From the NCBI GenBank assembly GCA_030704615.1, contig CM060731.1:53568001-53632000 (forward strand): DNA of 64,000 nt, read 5' to 3'. This document shows positions 25,005-36,997 of this stretch, in pieces (within the stretch, counting starts at the first letter, position 1; every line of letters starts with the position of its first letter). The translations under genes were made by a program, and so were the position numbers. The notes beneath the pieces are model-generated. The model was not told the origin of the DNA, did not search any database, and was given only the letters and a program-made list of their open reading frames with translations. This stretch comes from Takakia lepidozioides. Its lineage: Eukaryota; Plantae; Bryophyta.

Positions 25005-25831
25005 CCCCTCCCACTCGCACTGGTTGTGAACCTTGAACCGTTGGAAATGCCTACAATTCAAATTCTCGCACATGAGGTGCCCATTGCACAGGCTTCTCCG
25101 GAAGACGAGGTTGTCATGATTTTGAATATTGGATGTCTTCGTTCTGCACCACGGGTGTCCATCTCCTCTCTTGTCCATTCCCTGCATGAGGCTAGTGACG
25201 GGTCCATCCTGCCCAGGTGGAGGTAGCTCGAAGACAACATCCCCATCATAAGCATTCGGCAGGAACTCCACACACTCAATAGGGACTATCTCCCAGTCAA
25301 TCCCCCGCAATTCACTCTGGAAACCGGGCATTCCTCCCATTGACTTCAGTTTAGGGATGACACTGATGAGGTTGTCACTTCCGGTTTGACGACAGGCAGT
25401 GTTTGCACATAAATTGGGATGTTAGGAATGTCCTCGGAGGAGGAGTCTGAGAGCTCAACTATTGGGGTGGAAGTAGTGGTCTCCGTCTTCACGACGATAT
25501 TCCTTTTCTCTTGAGCAACAGAACCAGCTGTTCCCGGGGAGACATACGACCCACTGGACTGCCACTGAGGAGCTCCGACAACCCTGTATCTTCCTGGAGG
25601 CACTCTCCACTGACTCACAAGAGAATTATCATCCGGTTTCTGAAATGAGTACTTGATCAACTTCCCATGCACATCGTAGACCTCTTTTTTGAGGAAAACA
25701 GTGCCAATCTGGTACTCGAAACGCGTTGCCAGGAGATGCTCCTGCGCAATTGCGTAACCATTGGAATCAGCATCCTTCGAGAAAGGGATAGGCTTCTCCA
25801 TAGAGTAAAACTCCGCTTCAGCCGAACCCAT
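25005..25831 (-). mobile_element. 5' part of a second, diverged GCM/Mutator-like transposase, truncated within the GCM domain
   Basis: MGSAEAEFYS.. aligns with MASSEAEFFS..; DGHPWCRTKTSNIQN..CNGHLMCENLNCRHF..NQCEWEG aligns with the 1019 ORF. One frameshift near 25350. Confidence 0.85.
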
Positions 25832-26479
25832 GGTGGAGGACGACTAATTCCGAGGTAGACGGAGCTCGAAAGTGGAGAGGCCCACGACTCCCGTGGATAT
25901 CTTTCATCAATACACGACAAACAGTTAAAGGGTCCTCGAAGAACAGTTGTGTAAACAGTTGTGTGAACAGTTGCTAAAACAGATGTGAAACAGTTATGTG
26001 CTTGCCCACACCCAGTGCAAAAGATGGCTAAGCCGGAAAATCTGGGATATGTAATGTTTCCAGGCATGTGGGCCCAGACATTGCATTCATAGCACGGCTG
26101 CCAGAATGGGTGTAGAACCAATGAGAAGTTATGAACCGCCAAAATGCGAAAATCAACTTGCACATGTATGGACATCGAATCCAGGGTATGGACATCGAAT
26201 CCAAGGTATGGCCATACGGACACAAGAGGTGACGGCGTCCAGTGCCAAATGCACAAATGTTTCTGTGCTACGTGGACACGTGTGAGGTGAACCCATGCAT
26301 AACCGTCGCGAGCGTTGCCCTGCCTGCATCCCCTTGCACAACGTTTTTGGGCCCAGCAGACCCTCATTTTCAAGCTGGAGACTAGTAGGAGACTCAGTTC
26401 CCACCGAAAGAGCGGCAGGCGTAGAAGGCAGTCTTTTTTTTTCACCTCAACGCGAGAGAGGAAGAGGGCGAGAGAGAGA
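25832..26479. promoter_or_regulatory. Putative bidirectional promoter between the transposase and the ParB-like gene
   Basis: Head-to-head ATGs at 25831(-) and 26480(+). AACAGTT-like motif repeated about five times at 12-13 bp spacing (25942-25998); 21-bp direct repeat GTATGGACATCGAATCCA.G at 26166-26211. Confidence 0.45.
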
Positions 26480-27922
26480 ATGAGAGGTCGCAAGCTCGAG
26501 TTGACGCTGCAAGAGATAGCAGAGGAGAGTTTGGCCCTGGAAGCAGAACACATGACGGCGTAGGACCAGGTGGTCGGAGCTGCCGAAAGAGGGGATGAAA
26601 TACCATCAGATAGCGACACAGAGGATATGGACACAGAGGAGCCCGACGCTGTTGCTAAGGAGCCCACGCCAAAGGGGAAGAGTGTTGTTGAGAAGGAGGC
26701 GACTCCGAAGAGGAAGCAGGCTGCGCAGACCTCCATTGCCGCTGCAACCAAGGCTTCAGGGAGTGCACCCCCGAAAGCACCGCAGGTTATGATCTCCCTT
26801 CCTGTATTCTGCTGCAGTTTGAAAGGCATGAAATTGCGTGCGCTGACGCATGCAATTTCATGCCCTGCATTATTGTCTTTTTCCGCTTCAGAGTGGAGTG
26901 ACGGACATCAATGTGGGCTACATAGCAGGGCCTTTGAGAGCACCTCTTGAAAATTGCGTGCGTCAACGCACGCAGTTTCTAGAGGTGCTCTCAAAGCCAC
27001 TTTTTGCACTCAGCATCTCTAAATGGAGCCATCAATAGAGGGAGATGGGCTGCATTATTCGTTTACTGATATCAGCTACATAAATCTCTGAATGTCTCTA
27101 AAAGAAACCCCAGATCGGAGGGTGCTCTTAGGGACACGCAGAGCTCTAAACAGATCTGACGAGAAACTCTTCATTGCACCCTCCGAAACTGTGTGCATAA
27201 CGCACGCAATTTCTATGGGTTCTCTGAAGGACATTCTCCTGAGTATTGGTCTGTCATTTTTGAGATCAATGCACATGCGTATCTTGAAGTTGAAGAGAGG
27301 ATGTACAGTCTGTAGAGGCTTCAAAAATGCGTGCGTCAACGCACTCAATTTCAGAGGGTGTTGTTATGGACATCCAGAGCTCTAAACAGATCTGAAAGGT
27401 CGAATGTGTGAGCACAAGAAGATCGTCTTAAATCCACGAGAGACATTTCAGAGAACCCACCGAAATTATGTGCGTTGACGCACACAATCTCTGGGTTAGT
27501 ACTTAAGCACAATCTCTTGCGTATGGGTCTCTCATTTCTGAAAACAATGCACATGCATAGTCTGTAAAGGCATCAGAAATGCGTGCGTCAACACACTCAA
27601 TTTGTGACATTGTTTTTACCTGGAGAATTTTTCTATTTCAATGCAGGCGAAGAAAATGAGAGGTGTTCCCCTGGAGATGGATGAAGACGAAGAGCACGAA
27701 TTTGTTGTTGTAGAGGAGGAAGACGATGGCAGGCCATACCAGGACATGGCAAAAGATCTGTTGTCGTTCTCGAAAGTGAACTCTGCCCAAGTCATCAAGG
27801 CCATGGGCGTTCCTGGGGGTAAATTAATGATCCCACTGTGCAGGTTGATCTCCATGCCGTTTGTCCGACCAGCACTCACGAATGACATTGCAAAGCTGGA
27901 ACAAGATTTTTGCCATGGCTAC
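26480..27922 (+). pseudogene. ParB/Srx-fold-like gene, 5' part: exon 1 26480-26785 (one in-frame TAG), intron 26786-27646, exon 2 27647-27922
   Basis: CAG|GTTATG donor and TGCAG|GCG acceptor join in phase 0. Acidic/basic low-complexity N-terminus, then IPLCRLISMPFVRPALTNDIAKLEQDFCHGY, resembling the start of a ParB N-terminal domain. Confidence 0.65.
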
Positions 27923-28124
27923 TCCTCATCTGGCCCGTCAGATCATCCTGCATGGGGCCCGCCATGGCTATATTTGTGCTGCTCCAATGGGTCCACAGGC
28001 GAGGACCTGTTTGAGACCCCTAGTTTTTGGCGAAAACTTTTCCCTTTGTTTCATTCGCCAACGGGATTTTCAGGCGGCCAAATGGCCAATAAAAAAAATG
28101 CTAACCCTAACCCGCTTTAGGTTG

Positions 28125-28891
28125 GTAGGTGAAACAGCTGTCTGGAGTGTTTTCTGGCTGTTGTATTATCCTGAGTTTATTACCAGTAGTCCCTATCTCT
28201 TGCTGCAAAAACCAATCCAAAATCAGATAGAAGAATAATTTGAATTGTACTAGAATATGGAAGTGCTAGGTGATGATATACTAACCGTGTACATGTATTC
28301 CATGCTCCCCTTGTCAGCTTGTACCATGTGTCCGAAGTTTTGGAGGTCTGGCATTTCGCGAAGGTTTCTGAACTGAGGATGCTCTTGAATGTGCTGAGGG
28401 GCATTTGGCCAATATTCTGGATCCTGAACAGGGTGTGTACCAGGTTTGTTGTAACATGGGCGGTTTCAGTTCCCCTGCCACAAGCAGTGGTATGTCATGA
28501 CATGTCCGATTTGACTCCCAAACACATGAGGGAAAGAACCGAGTTATTTCAGGAAAGACACTTACTTGTTCACGTCATGCATTGCTGTCAAGAGCGCAGT
28601 GATGTTTCCCTTGGGATCCAGCACCATGGAGGCCACACAATAGTGCCACTCCTCCTCAGTGCTATGATACCTCGATATCATGTTCTGCCAGGCTAGCAAT
28701 CGGTGGTTGCCATCCCAGACATGGAACATCTTGCCTGAGAAAGCCTGTGTAACAAGCCTCTTGCAAATGCTTGATTCAAACTCCTCGTTGATACGTCGCC
28801 AAATTGGATCCCAGCCTCCAACAATGGTCTCATCTACTAAAACTTCCCTACCATGGGCGTCGCCCAACGAGACGTAAAACATAGACTGGTA
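28125..28891 (-). pseudogene. ParB/Srx-fold-like gene, inverted 3' continuation (exons about 28891-28566, 28474-28286 and from 28202 downward)
   Basis: QSMFYVS..GKMFHVWDGNHRLLAW..LLTAMHDVNK. The AA|GTAAGT..GGCAG|G splice continues in frame as GTETAHVTTNLVHTLFRIQNIG; a further GT..AG intron lies at 28285-28203. Confidence 0.7.
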
Positions 28892-29565
28892 TGTTACCCA
28901 CCCTTTGGTAAGGCCTTAAAGTTCTCCCAAGGTTATTTCCCTTGATTTAATACGAATTGCCGCATATATATAAAGAAAAATCAACCTTGTCAGGTGTGGT
29001 ATGATCTTCTCCCACCCCCGGGGTCCCATGAGCCTTGTGCTCGGTTAGTGATCCTGGGTTCAATCCTTTAACATGTGCCTTCAAACCGACCATTGGCCTC
29101 TAGATGGGCTGTGTTGAGCAGTAGGCTCTATAGATTCATTGGACATTAAAGAAAATTTACCTTTATCTTTATCAAAGAGGTTATTTTCTCCTCACCATAA
29201 TGAAGGGCCTGATTTGTGAGAAGTAGCTTCCCGTTTTTTCTTTCTTTCTTTCCTTTTTTTTCTTTTGAAAGTCTTAGGTGTCTACCTACGGTAATGCAGC
29301 TTAGTCTCAGTGGCAATCTTTATGTGCTTCGTCAAACTCTGGGGATGCCGAAGAGGAGGGACCAGCAGAATTTCGGCCCTCTTTTCTTTGAAAAATAAAA
29401 ATAACCTGATAGCTTTGGCAACACTCCTCGGTTCTTCTTCCGAAAAACAATGAAATACAAAGTGTATGCATGTAACACCATGGGAATGAGCCACCCTTTT
29501 TTGTGAAAATTAAACATAGGTCTTAGAATTCGTCGCTAGTAGTGCGGAGCAACGCGAAGCCCTAG

Positions 29566-30107
29566 TACTTAAGAATCCAAGTGGGTTGCAAGCTGTGGTG
29601 GGTAGTTGGGTGGTAAGGTGATAGTGCTGCAGGTGGCGAGGTTCAAAGTTCGATTCTTGATGGGAGGCAGTTAATGTAACCCTCTATAATCCCGGTTTCT
29701 CATGTAACTCTGGTTAGCCCATTTTATACTTAATCAAATTTGGACTTAGTCAGATTTCGAAACCAAGTGTGCCCCGGTAGTGTAACCCTCTGTAACCCCG
29801 GTTTCTCATGTAACTTTGGTTAGTCCATTTTATACTTAATCAAATTTGGACTTAGTCAGATTTCGAAACCAAGTGTGAGTTACACCGAGATAGTTACACT
29901 CCATTCTGTGTAACCCCCAGTGGAGTTACACACCTCGTCGTGTAACCCAATGTAACCCCAAGTGGAGTTACACACCTCGTCGTGTAACCTGATGTAACCC
30001 CAAGTGGAGTTACTCACCTCGTCGTGTAACCCAAGTGTAACCCCAAGTGGAGTTTCAGTTTCATGTCACTCTCAAGAGAGGGTGGGGAAGATTTGACATG
30101 CCAGAAA
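29566..30107 (+). mobile_element. Dispersed repeat with tRNA-like head (SINE-like) and internal TGTAACC/GGAGTTACA repeats; second copy at 61131-61506
   Basis: Both copies start TACTTAAGAATCCAAG, contain B-box-like GTTCGATTC and end GGGAAGATTTGACATGCC.GAAACC. This copy has an internal ~100-bp duplication. Confidence 0.65.
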
Positions 30108-30466
30108 CCAGGGTACCATCTTGTCAGAGGTTGCACATGTGCATTAAGTTCTTACATTATTCCTATTATCTTCCGATTGTACCCATCATTACGGTTTTTT
30201 TAGGTCAATTATAACCTTCGATCTTCCAAGTCATGGAAGGCCGTCATCGCTTTCTATTTTTCTTTTATTTTCGGAAATGTTTGGAGGTGCTTTACGTAGG
30301 GGAAGACGCACTATTTCAGAGAGACCCAGAGATGGGGTTATTCCACTTGCTCAATATGCTCTACCGTTACTGGCCTGTAGGTTCTTTGGGTTTCCTTGTA
30401 GGGCCTTAAAGTCCATCACAGCCTACCGGCTTAACCAGCTTGGTACCATTGTTTTGGGGTTTCAAC

Positions 30467-31215
30467 CAGTGTTGTAGTGGTATTGGTGGTCAACCCAGGT
30501 ATCAATAATGGGTATCAACTTGGTATCGCATAACCTACCAGTTGAGTAGGTCGTGGTGGCAATACCGAGGTTCGACCCGAGTCACCCTAATATCACTCCA
30601 GGCTCTACCATGTTGATACTGAGAATCGTCTTGCATTCTTCATGCAATACTAGTATTCAGACATAGATTGGTCCAAAACAATTGGTGAATCCCGGGTAGG
30701 GTTTTTCACATTATGAGGGATGGTGGTGGCTCCGTAGAAGATCAGATTTAGGCCTTTCTACTAATCAGATTAGCGGACTCTAAGTTTTTGCAACTACAAC
30801 AACGTATTGGGATATTTCTATGAATTCAAATTGTCTCTGTTGGGACAATTTTCCTACATTTTCTTGCATTCAAGCTTTGTATGTATGTTTTTGTTCATAT
30901 ACTCAGGTTGTATGTTTCTGTTTTGGCTAGTCATTCTCTATCGTGTGCTGCATGTTTCTGTTTTGGCTTGGCTTTCAGGTTGTGTATGATGGGTGCAAAA
31001 ACTATTGATACCCGGGTTGATATACCCCTGGTACTGCTTACCCCAATTATTGATACCACATACTCCCCACTACCAAAGCAAATACTTATACCAATATTGA
31101 ATTTGCAAAAACCAGACTCTACAATATTTAGGTTGATACCCTGTATCTAATTTCATAACAAAGCAAGACCCAGACCCGACTGTTATATTAAAAATTCAGT
31201 ACCACTACAACACTG
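30467..31215. mobile_element. Non-autonomous hAT element (749 bp)
   Basis: 16-bp TIRs CAGTGTTGTAGTGGTA / TACCACTACAACACTG; 8-bp TSD GTTTCAAC / GTTTCAAT. Confidence 0.9.
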
Positions 31216-32189
31216 GTTTCAATCCTTTTGGTGGAGCTGCTTTCTCTTGGAAGACCACCTCAACCACTCTTCCCTGCTCAGCTGCATCTCACCTATTTCA
31301 TTGGATGCTACCTCTGTCCACATGCATGTCTTGGGATTGAGGTGCTCGCTTTCCAAAGTTTGTTGTAGTGTTCTTGCAGAGGTATATTTCGGCGCCGCAA
31401 TATCCATCGCTGCTTAACCAAATCATCTAAACTGCAAATAGGGGGATAATAAAGGATCGTGAGAATCTAGGATAACTTAATGAACTGCCCTACTGACAGA
31501 AACAGTGAGAGAGAGAAATGAAATGAAACAAGGCGTGAGATACACAGAGGCCCTGCCATTGTCTTACTAATATGAAGTTTTATGGAATTATGTTATGGCC
31601 ATTAACGTTCTCAACTACAGTCCGACACAAAAAACAATTGCCTCCCATTGCCCTGTATTTGATGCTCTTCGTAGTTCGGTCCTCTGGAACCTTTGGAAAG
31701 GACGATGTGCCTGGGCTCTGACAATGAGAACACATTAGCTTCAGCTATTCTTTCTATGGTATTCTTTGATCTCATTGTGGCTGCTAAAAAAGCTTGGGCA
31801 GTGCTATGTGCAGCGGTCAAAAGGAAGCCACAAAGACAGCCCTCTCTCATCCATACCTTCAGAGCAACATGGGGCAAGCACGGACTCATTTGCAAAGTTG
31901 TTGGCCTCACCTGTCTTTGGGCATATTCAATCCCCTCCTGCTGGCAAGGAAGTAGGAGTTACCTCTTCAGCCTCCCCAGAATTTGACAGAACATAGATTA
32001 ATTGGAGGCATATTAGAGCAGGTTCAGCAACTCGTCTTCATTTCCACAGATAGACTCTTGGTTCTCTCCAGGGCAGGCAATTAGCAATCTGATTCGCCCT
32101 GCTATTCTCCTGCTCTCCCAGCCTCCTCCATGCACCCTCACCATCCTTCTGCTTCCCTGTTCTCAGTTTTGTCCACTATTGTAGGTCCA

Positions 32190-32472
32190 ATCCTACCTCC
32201 GTTACGGATAATGGTTTCTGGCGGATCTTACCAAGGTCTTCTAGGTTTTAGAAAAGGCATCGAGTCCCTGTGGGTTCTAAATACAGTTCATTCGAGAGTC
32301 CTCTCTCGGTTATGGTCCCGGACCTATCCTGCACGGTCCTCCGTGTGTTATGCCTTATGGCAGCCTGAGGGCATTTAAAGGGTTGTAACTTTTTTCCCTT
32401 AAATAATCATTTAATAAAGTTCTCAGGGCTCCGTCCCTGTTCCCGAAAAAAAAAAAAAAAAAAAAAAAAAAA
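32190..32472 (+). mobile_element. 3' end of a poly(A) retroposon (L1-like LINE tail)
   Basis: AATAAA at about 32413 followed by a ~27-nt poly(A) tract; the 5' boundary is uncertain. Confidence 0.45.
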
Positions 32473-33782
32473 TGTGCCCAACTGGAACTAAAACTTTCAT
32501 GTTCCCATTAAGTCTCATGGGAACAACCCATGATATAAGGTTAAAGGCATTTTGGCCAACATGATGCGCAGTCCCTACCCTGTCGGGCAGGGCCAATAAA
32601 ATGAAATAGAGAGAGAAATGAAATGAAATGAAATGGTGCTTTATAACGTCCGCGGAAAGCTCATAGAGCTTATGGGACAAAATGGAAGAAAACATGAGAG
32701 AGGAAACAAAACCAGAACCAAGAATAAGAACTAATGTTCTAGTGATTGTCTAAGGGTGAAGGCCTCAGGTAAGCTGCCAAGCATTTTCTGATCCTCATAG
32801 TGGAAGACTTCAGTGAGAGATTGGGTTCCACTGAATAAACAATGGAATCTCCCTCGGATCTCATAGTACAGAGGGCAGTAGAAGAAGGAAAGAGAGAGAG
32901 AGAGACAGAGAGATGCGATTAGCAGTTTTTGTGAATCAAGTCAACCTTTTCTATTCACTCTTTGGAAAACCAGTACTCTGGGTTCACCCACCACAGTGTA
33001 ACCAAGCACAAGAAATGGAGACCAGGATAAACTCCAGGTGCTCTCCACTGGGCAACAAGACACAAGTAACAAAGAAAATCCGAACATAAGAGCAGCCCTC
33101 TGAAATTCTAATCATGAGTGAAGGTGCCATCTCACAAACTACCTTCATCACCAATCAGTGTCAACAAGACAGACAGAGAGAAGCAAGACACTACTGCAGA
33201 ATGAAGGACCTGATATGTTCCGTCAGCCAAGAAGTGGACATACTTCCTTGCAGGCACATGCCATTCAGAATTTCAACAAATGACATCCTTATTGCCAGCT
33301 TAAACCAAGTTGACAACGTATCCTTTTGCCTCTACATCCTGCTGCTGCAGCCTGGATAGCAGTGCCGAGGGCAAGTGCCTTCCAATTGTGCATACCGCAC
33401 TCTTTCATATGAGAACCGCACCAAACAAAGACTTTAGAGATGAAACAAGTGATGAGGCCTACAGAATATGCCATAAACTTTATGATGGTCATACTGACCT
33501 CCTATTAACTTCCTATTGATCTACGTTTCTATATATTCACACGAGTGACAAGTGATTCTCCACCGCCACTGCTGGTGGCAGTGATTCTATCATGTTTGCA
33601 ACATCATGGGTGCATATATATGCTGCAAAATTCTCATAGCTAGTCAAGCTATAAGTTCTCTGCCTTCTAATCTACAAGACAGACAACCATTTGAAAAAAG
33701 GAGCTCTTTTCAAAGAATGGTAAAGAATAAGAGGTCTAGAAAATGAATAGCAACCGAGGAGTCCGAAAGGTTTTAGGTTCAT

Positions 33783-36700
33783 CTATTTGCTAGATGTCCT
33801 CCTGTTAGGTTCAAACACATTCTTAATCAGTGAATCTTTGATTGGTAACATCTCAGGAAATTCCTTCTGGAGTTTGGAAGTGTCAAGTTCATTGTTACTG
33901 CGTGGTGCAACAATCACCTTGGCTTGTTCCTCCAGTGTGAAATTCACCCATGAAAACTCTGGGTCAATGTACTGTTGGTACATCTCCAAAATTTCATTGT
34001 GGCTCACGACACCTGGGTTAGTGAAATTCCAGATGCCCCGCAAGTTCCGCTTTGCCATTTCAATGGAGATTGGCAGCAATTCGTCCAAGATTGTCATGCT
34101 GTTGGGAATGTTCACCACCTTCTGATAGCGAGAAATTTTGGTGATGAAATTGCGAGGATTTGTCAGATCTGAAGTGATGGGCATCCTCACACGTAGGGTG
34201 CACACATTATCAAAATCTTTCATGAGCTCCTCCACCTGTAAACAATATAGCCAGACTGGTATCAGACACCACTTTAGAACATCCAAGGTACCTGCCAACT
34301 GCATGGGTAAGAGAGGTTAGGGGATCTTGACTCAGGAATTTATAAACCTTCTGGAAGTCCACATGTCCCACCTGGCAGTGCACCCTAGTTAGCTGATGCA
34401 AGGTCAATTATTCCCAAAAGAAGCTCATTAGGCCTTTTGGCACTGCTTCCTGAAGAAGTCACTGCTTTGGGGACTATGGAAGGGCTCTTGATCCACCTCC
34501 GCATCTCTCAACTGGGACAGGTTTTGAATGGTAAGACCATACCGAATATTGCCAAAGAGTAGCCCTGGAAAAGGACACCACTTGGTTGGGAGGGACAGGG
34601 AGAACCCTGTACATGATCTACTGGATTCCAGATGTTGCCTTCAAACCTTAAAATGACAAACCAGTTTATCAGCCCCAGTTGACTTGGAAGAAACCCATGG
34701 TTACTAGATATCTCTGCAGCAAACAGAGCCTCTGAAGCGAAGCATACCATGTTGCCAGGTTTTAGAACGCCTCACCTCTATGGACTGTGGCTTGTGAATG
34801 TCCAACCAGTTTAGCCAGAGAACAGTGTCCAGAGATTCAGTTTGCCCTCACCTCTGTCATTTGCGCATCCTTCCTCCACTATCAGATTCAGACTTTACTC
34901 TGCTTCTCTGGTTTGGTGGTTCCAGCTAGCACTCCAACTTAGTGGGTAGGATTAAGATTGCTGCATACACGTTGCTTGATCTTTAAAGCAATATCACATC
35001 CACCCTCCTACCCATGGAAGGTCAGGACAAGAGGGTAGACCAAGCAAGCTTTTGGTTTCGCTTTATCAGCCTGCCGGCACTTAGTTGCCCAGTGGCATCA
35101 ATTTCACCTTGAGTGATGACATTGATCATCCAGTGAAAGTGTAACATCCCTCTGTCCATTGCCTTAAGACAGGGAAGGACAGCTTGAGGTACAGGAAATG
35201 AGGAGGAGGCAGCCACTCGACCAACTCCAAAAAGAACTCCTTTAAAGGGCCAAGTGAATGAAGGCTTCAGAGCACAGAAATTTCAATTGAATCCTCTTCC
35301 CTCCTTTTATTTGCAATGGGTTTTCTTAGACTTTGCCTACTTAGGGGGAGAACAGCAGTCCCTGAGAGTCTCCACACTAAACGGTGCCAGCAATGGAAGA
35401 GTATAGTTCTTACCGCAGCTTTTGTCTTTGAGTAGAAGGAGCCAATAAAATTAGGTGTGTCTTCTTCCTTGAAACCAACACCACTGCCAAGTTTGTGAGC
35501 ATCATCATATTCAAAAATACACCCAGTGGCGAAATTCATGAGCAGCAAATTGTGCTGCTTGCAAACATCTGCCAAGGTAAGGGTGCCAACAACATTGGCG
35601 CGAATTGTCTCCACCTTATGGCTCTCACACCAGTCCACATTCGGCCGACCTGTCACACCTGCGGCGTTAAATACATGCGTGGGGTGTGTAGATGCAATGT
35701 CGGCCTCCAACTGTGCCCGATTCTCCAGACGGCCAGTACCATACACGTAAGGTATGCCCTGCTTCTGACAAATCTTTCCGAGAAGGCCACCTATCCAACC
35801 AGTCCGCCCATAGATCAAGAATTTAAGTGCAGACTTTTGATTGGCGCTCTTTGGAGGGACCACCATCCCATTACTAGTGATGACGGTCTCTGCAGAAGCG
35901 TCTCTAGGAGCACCGCGGGTATCAACAGGACCTTTTTGTAACTGGGCCAATTTCTCCTCTCCAGCCATGGTGAGCATGCGGGGGTGGGGCACCAGCGCGC
36001 CAGAAACATCCCCCCACCAGTCTGGGTTGCTGGTGTACCACTCCATTGTCCTCCGCAGCCCTTCCTCCCAGGTAGTGCGCTCCTGCCAACCTAGAGCCTT
36101 GAGCTTTTCATCATCCAGAAAGTAACGCTGATCGTTGAAAGGCCGGTTATCCACAAACTGAATCGATTTTCCGCAATCGAAGTTGAACAAATTGCAAATA
36201 TCTTTTGCAACATCAAGGACACGACGCTCCTTTTTCGTACCAATGTTGTACACATGACCAACCTCCCCCTTGTGCAGAACCACCTCAAATGCTTCGGCCA
36301 CATCTTCACAGTACAGGTAGCTGCGAACATTAGAGCCGTCCCCATGGATGGGGAGAGGCTTGCCCTGCATGGCCAAAAGAATGAACTTCGGAATAAGCTT
36401 CTCCGGAAACTGATTAGGTCCATACACATTGTTGCCGCGAGTGGTGATGAATGGCAGGCCATACGAGCGGCCATACGCCATCACCAACATCTCCGCCCCT
36501 GCCTTGGTGGCTGAGTAAGGATTTGTGGGAAGCAACTGAGACGCCTCTTGGTTCCCAACAATGGCATCGGCCTCGGTCTCCCCATACACCTCATCTGTGC
36601 TCACATGGATGAAGCGGCGGATGATGCCTGTCACCTTGCAAGCCTCCAGCAGCACGTGTGTCCCGTAGATGTTGTTCTTGGTGAACTCGAAGCTGTTGCC

Positions 36701-36997
36701 AAACGAATTGTCGACGTGAGTCTGTGCAGCAAAGTGCATGATGGTGTCAATGCCCTCGGTGATGAGCAGGTAATTCACAAGATCCGCACTTGCAATGTCA
36801 CCCTTGACGAATTTGAAGTTCTTGGAGGACTTGGAAGGAAACAGATTCTTCAGATTCGAGCAGTAATCCAGCTTATCCAGCACCACAATCTTGTACTGCG
36901 GAAAGTTACGTATGAGCCGATTGGCCACATGCGAAGCGATGAACCCCGCTGCACCCGTTATCAGAATGTTCTTCGGCGTGTACACAGATTCCCCCAT
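33783..36997 (-). CDS. RHM: Trifunctional UDP-L-rhamnose synthase (UDP-glucose 4,6-dehydratase / 3,5-epimerase / 4-keto-reductase); exons 36997-35414 and 34235-33783, 678 aa
   Basis: N-domain TGAAGFIAS, STDEVYG and YSATK; C-domain YGRTGWIG and YSKTK. GCG|GTAAG..TACAG|GTG intron at the TKAx|VEEL position; both exons open and in phase. Confidence 0.97.

Noticed and set aside
25657-26829. 390-aa minus-strand ORF
   Set aside because: It is antisense to ParB-like exon 1, crosses the repeat-containing spacer and is out of frame with the transposase; no protein-like features.
29590-29670. tRNA gene (also 61150-61230 and 38730-38800)
   Set aside because: A B-box-like motif is present but there is no cloverleaf or acceptor stem; these belong to dispersed SINE-like repeats.
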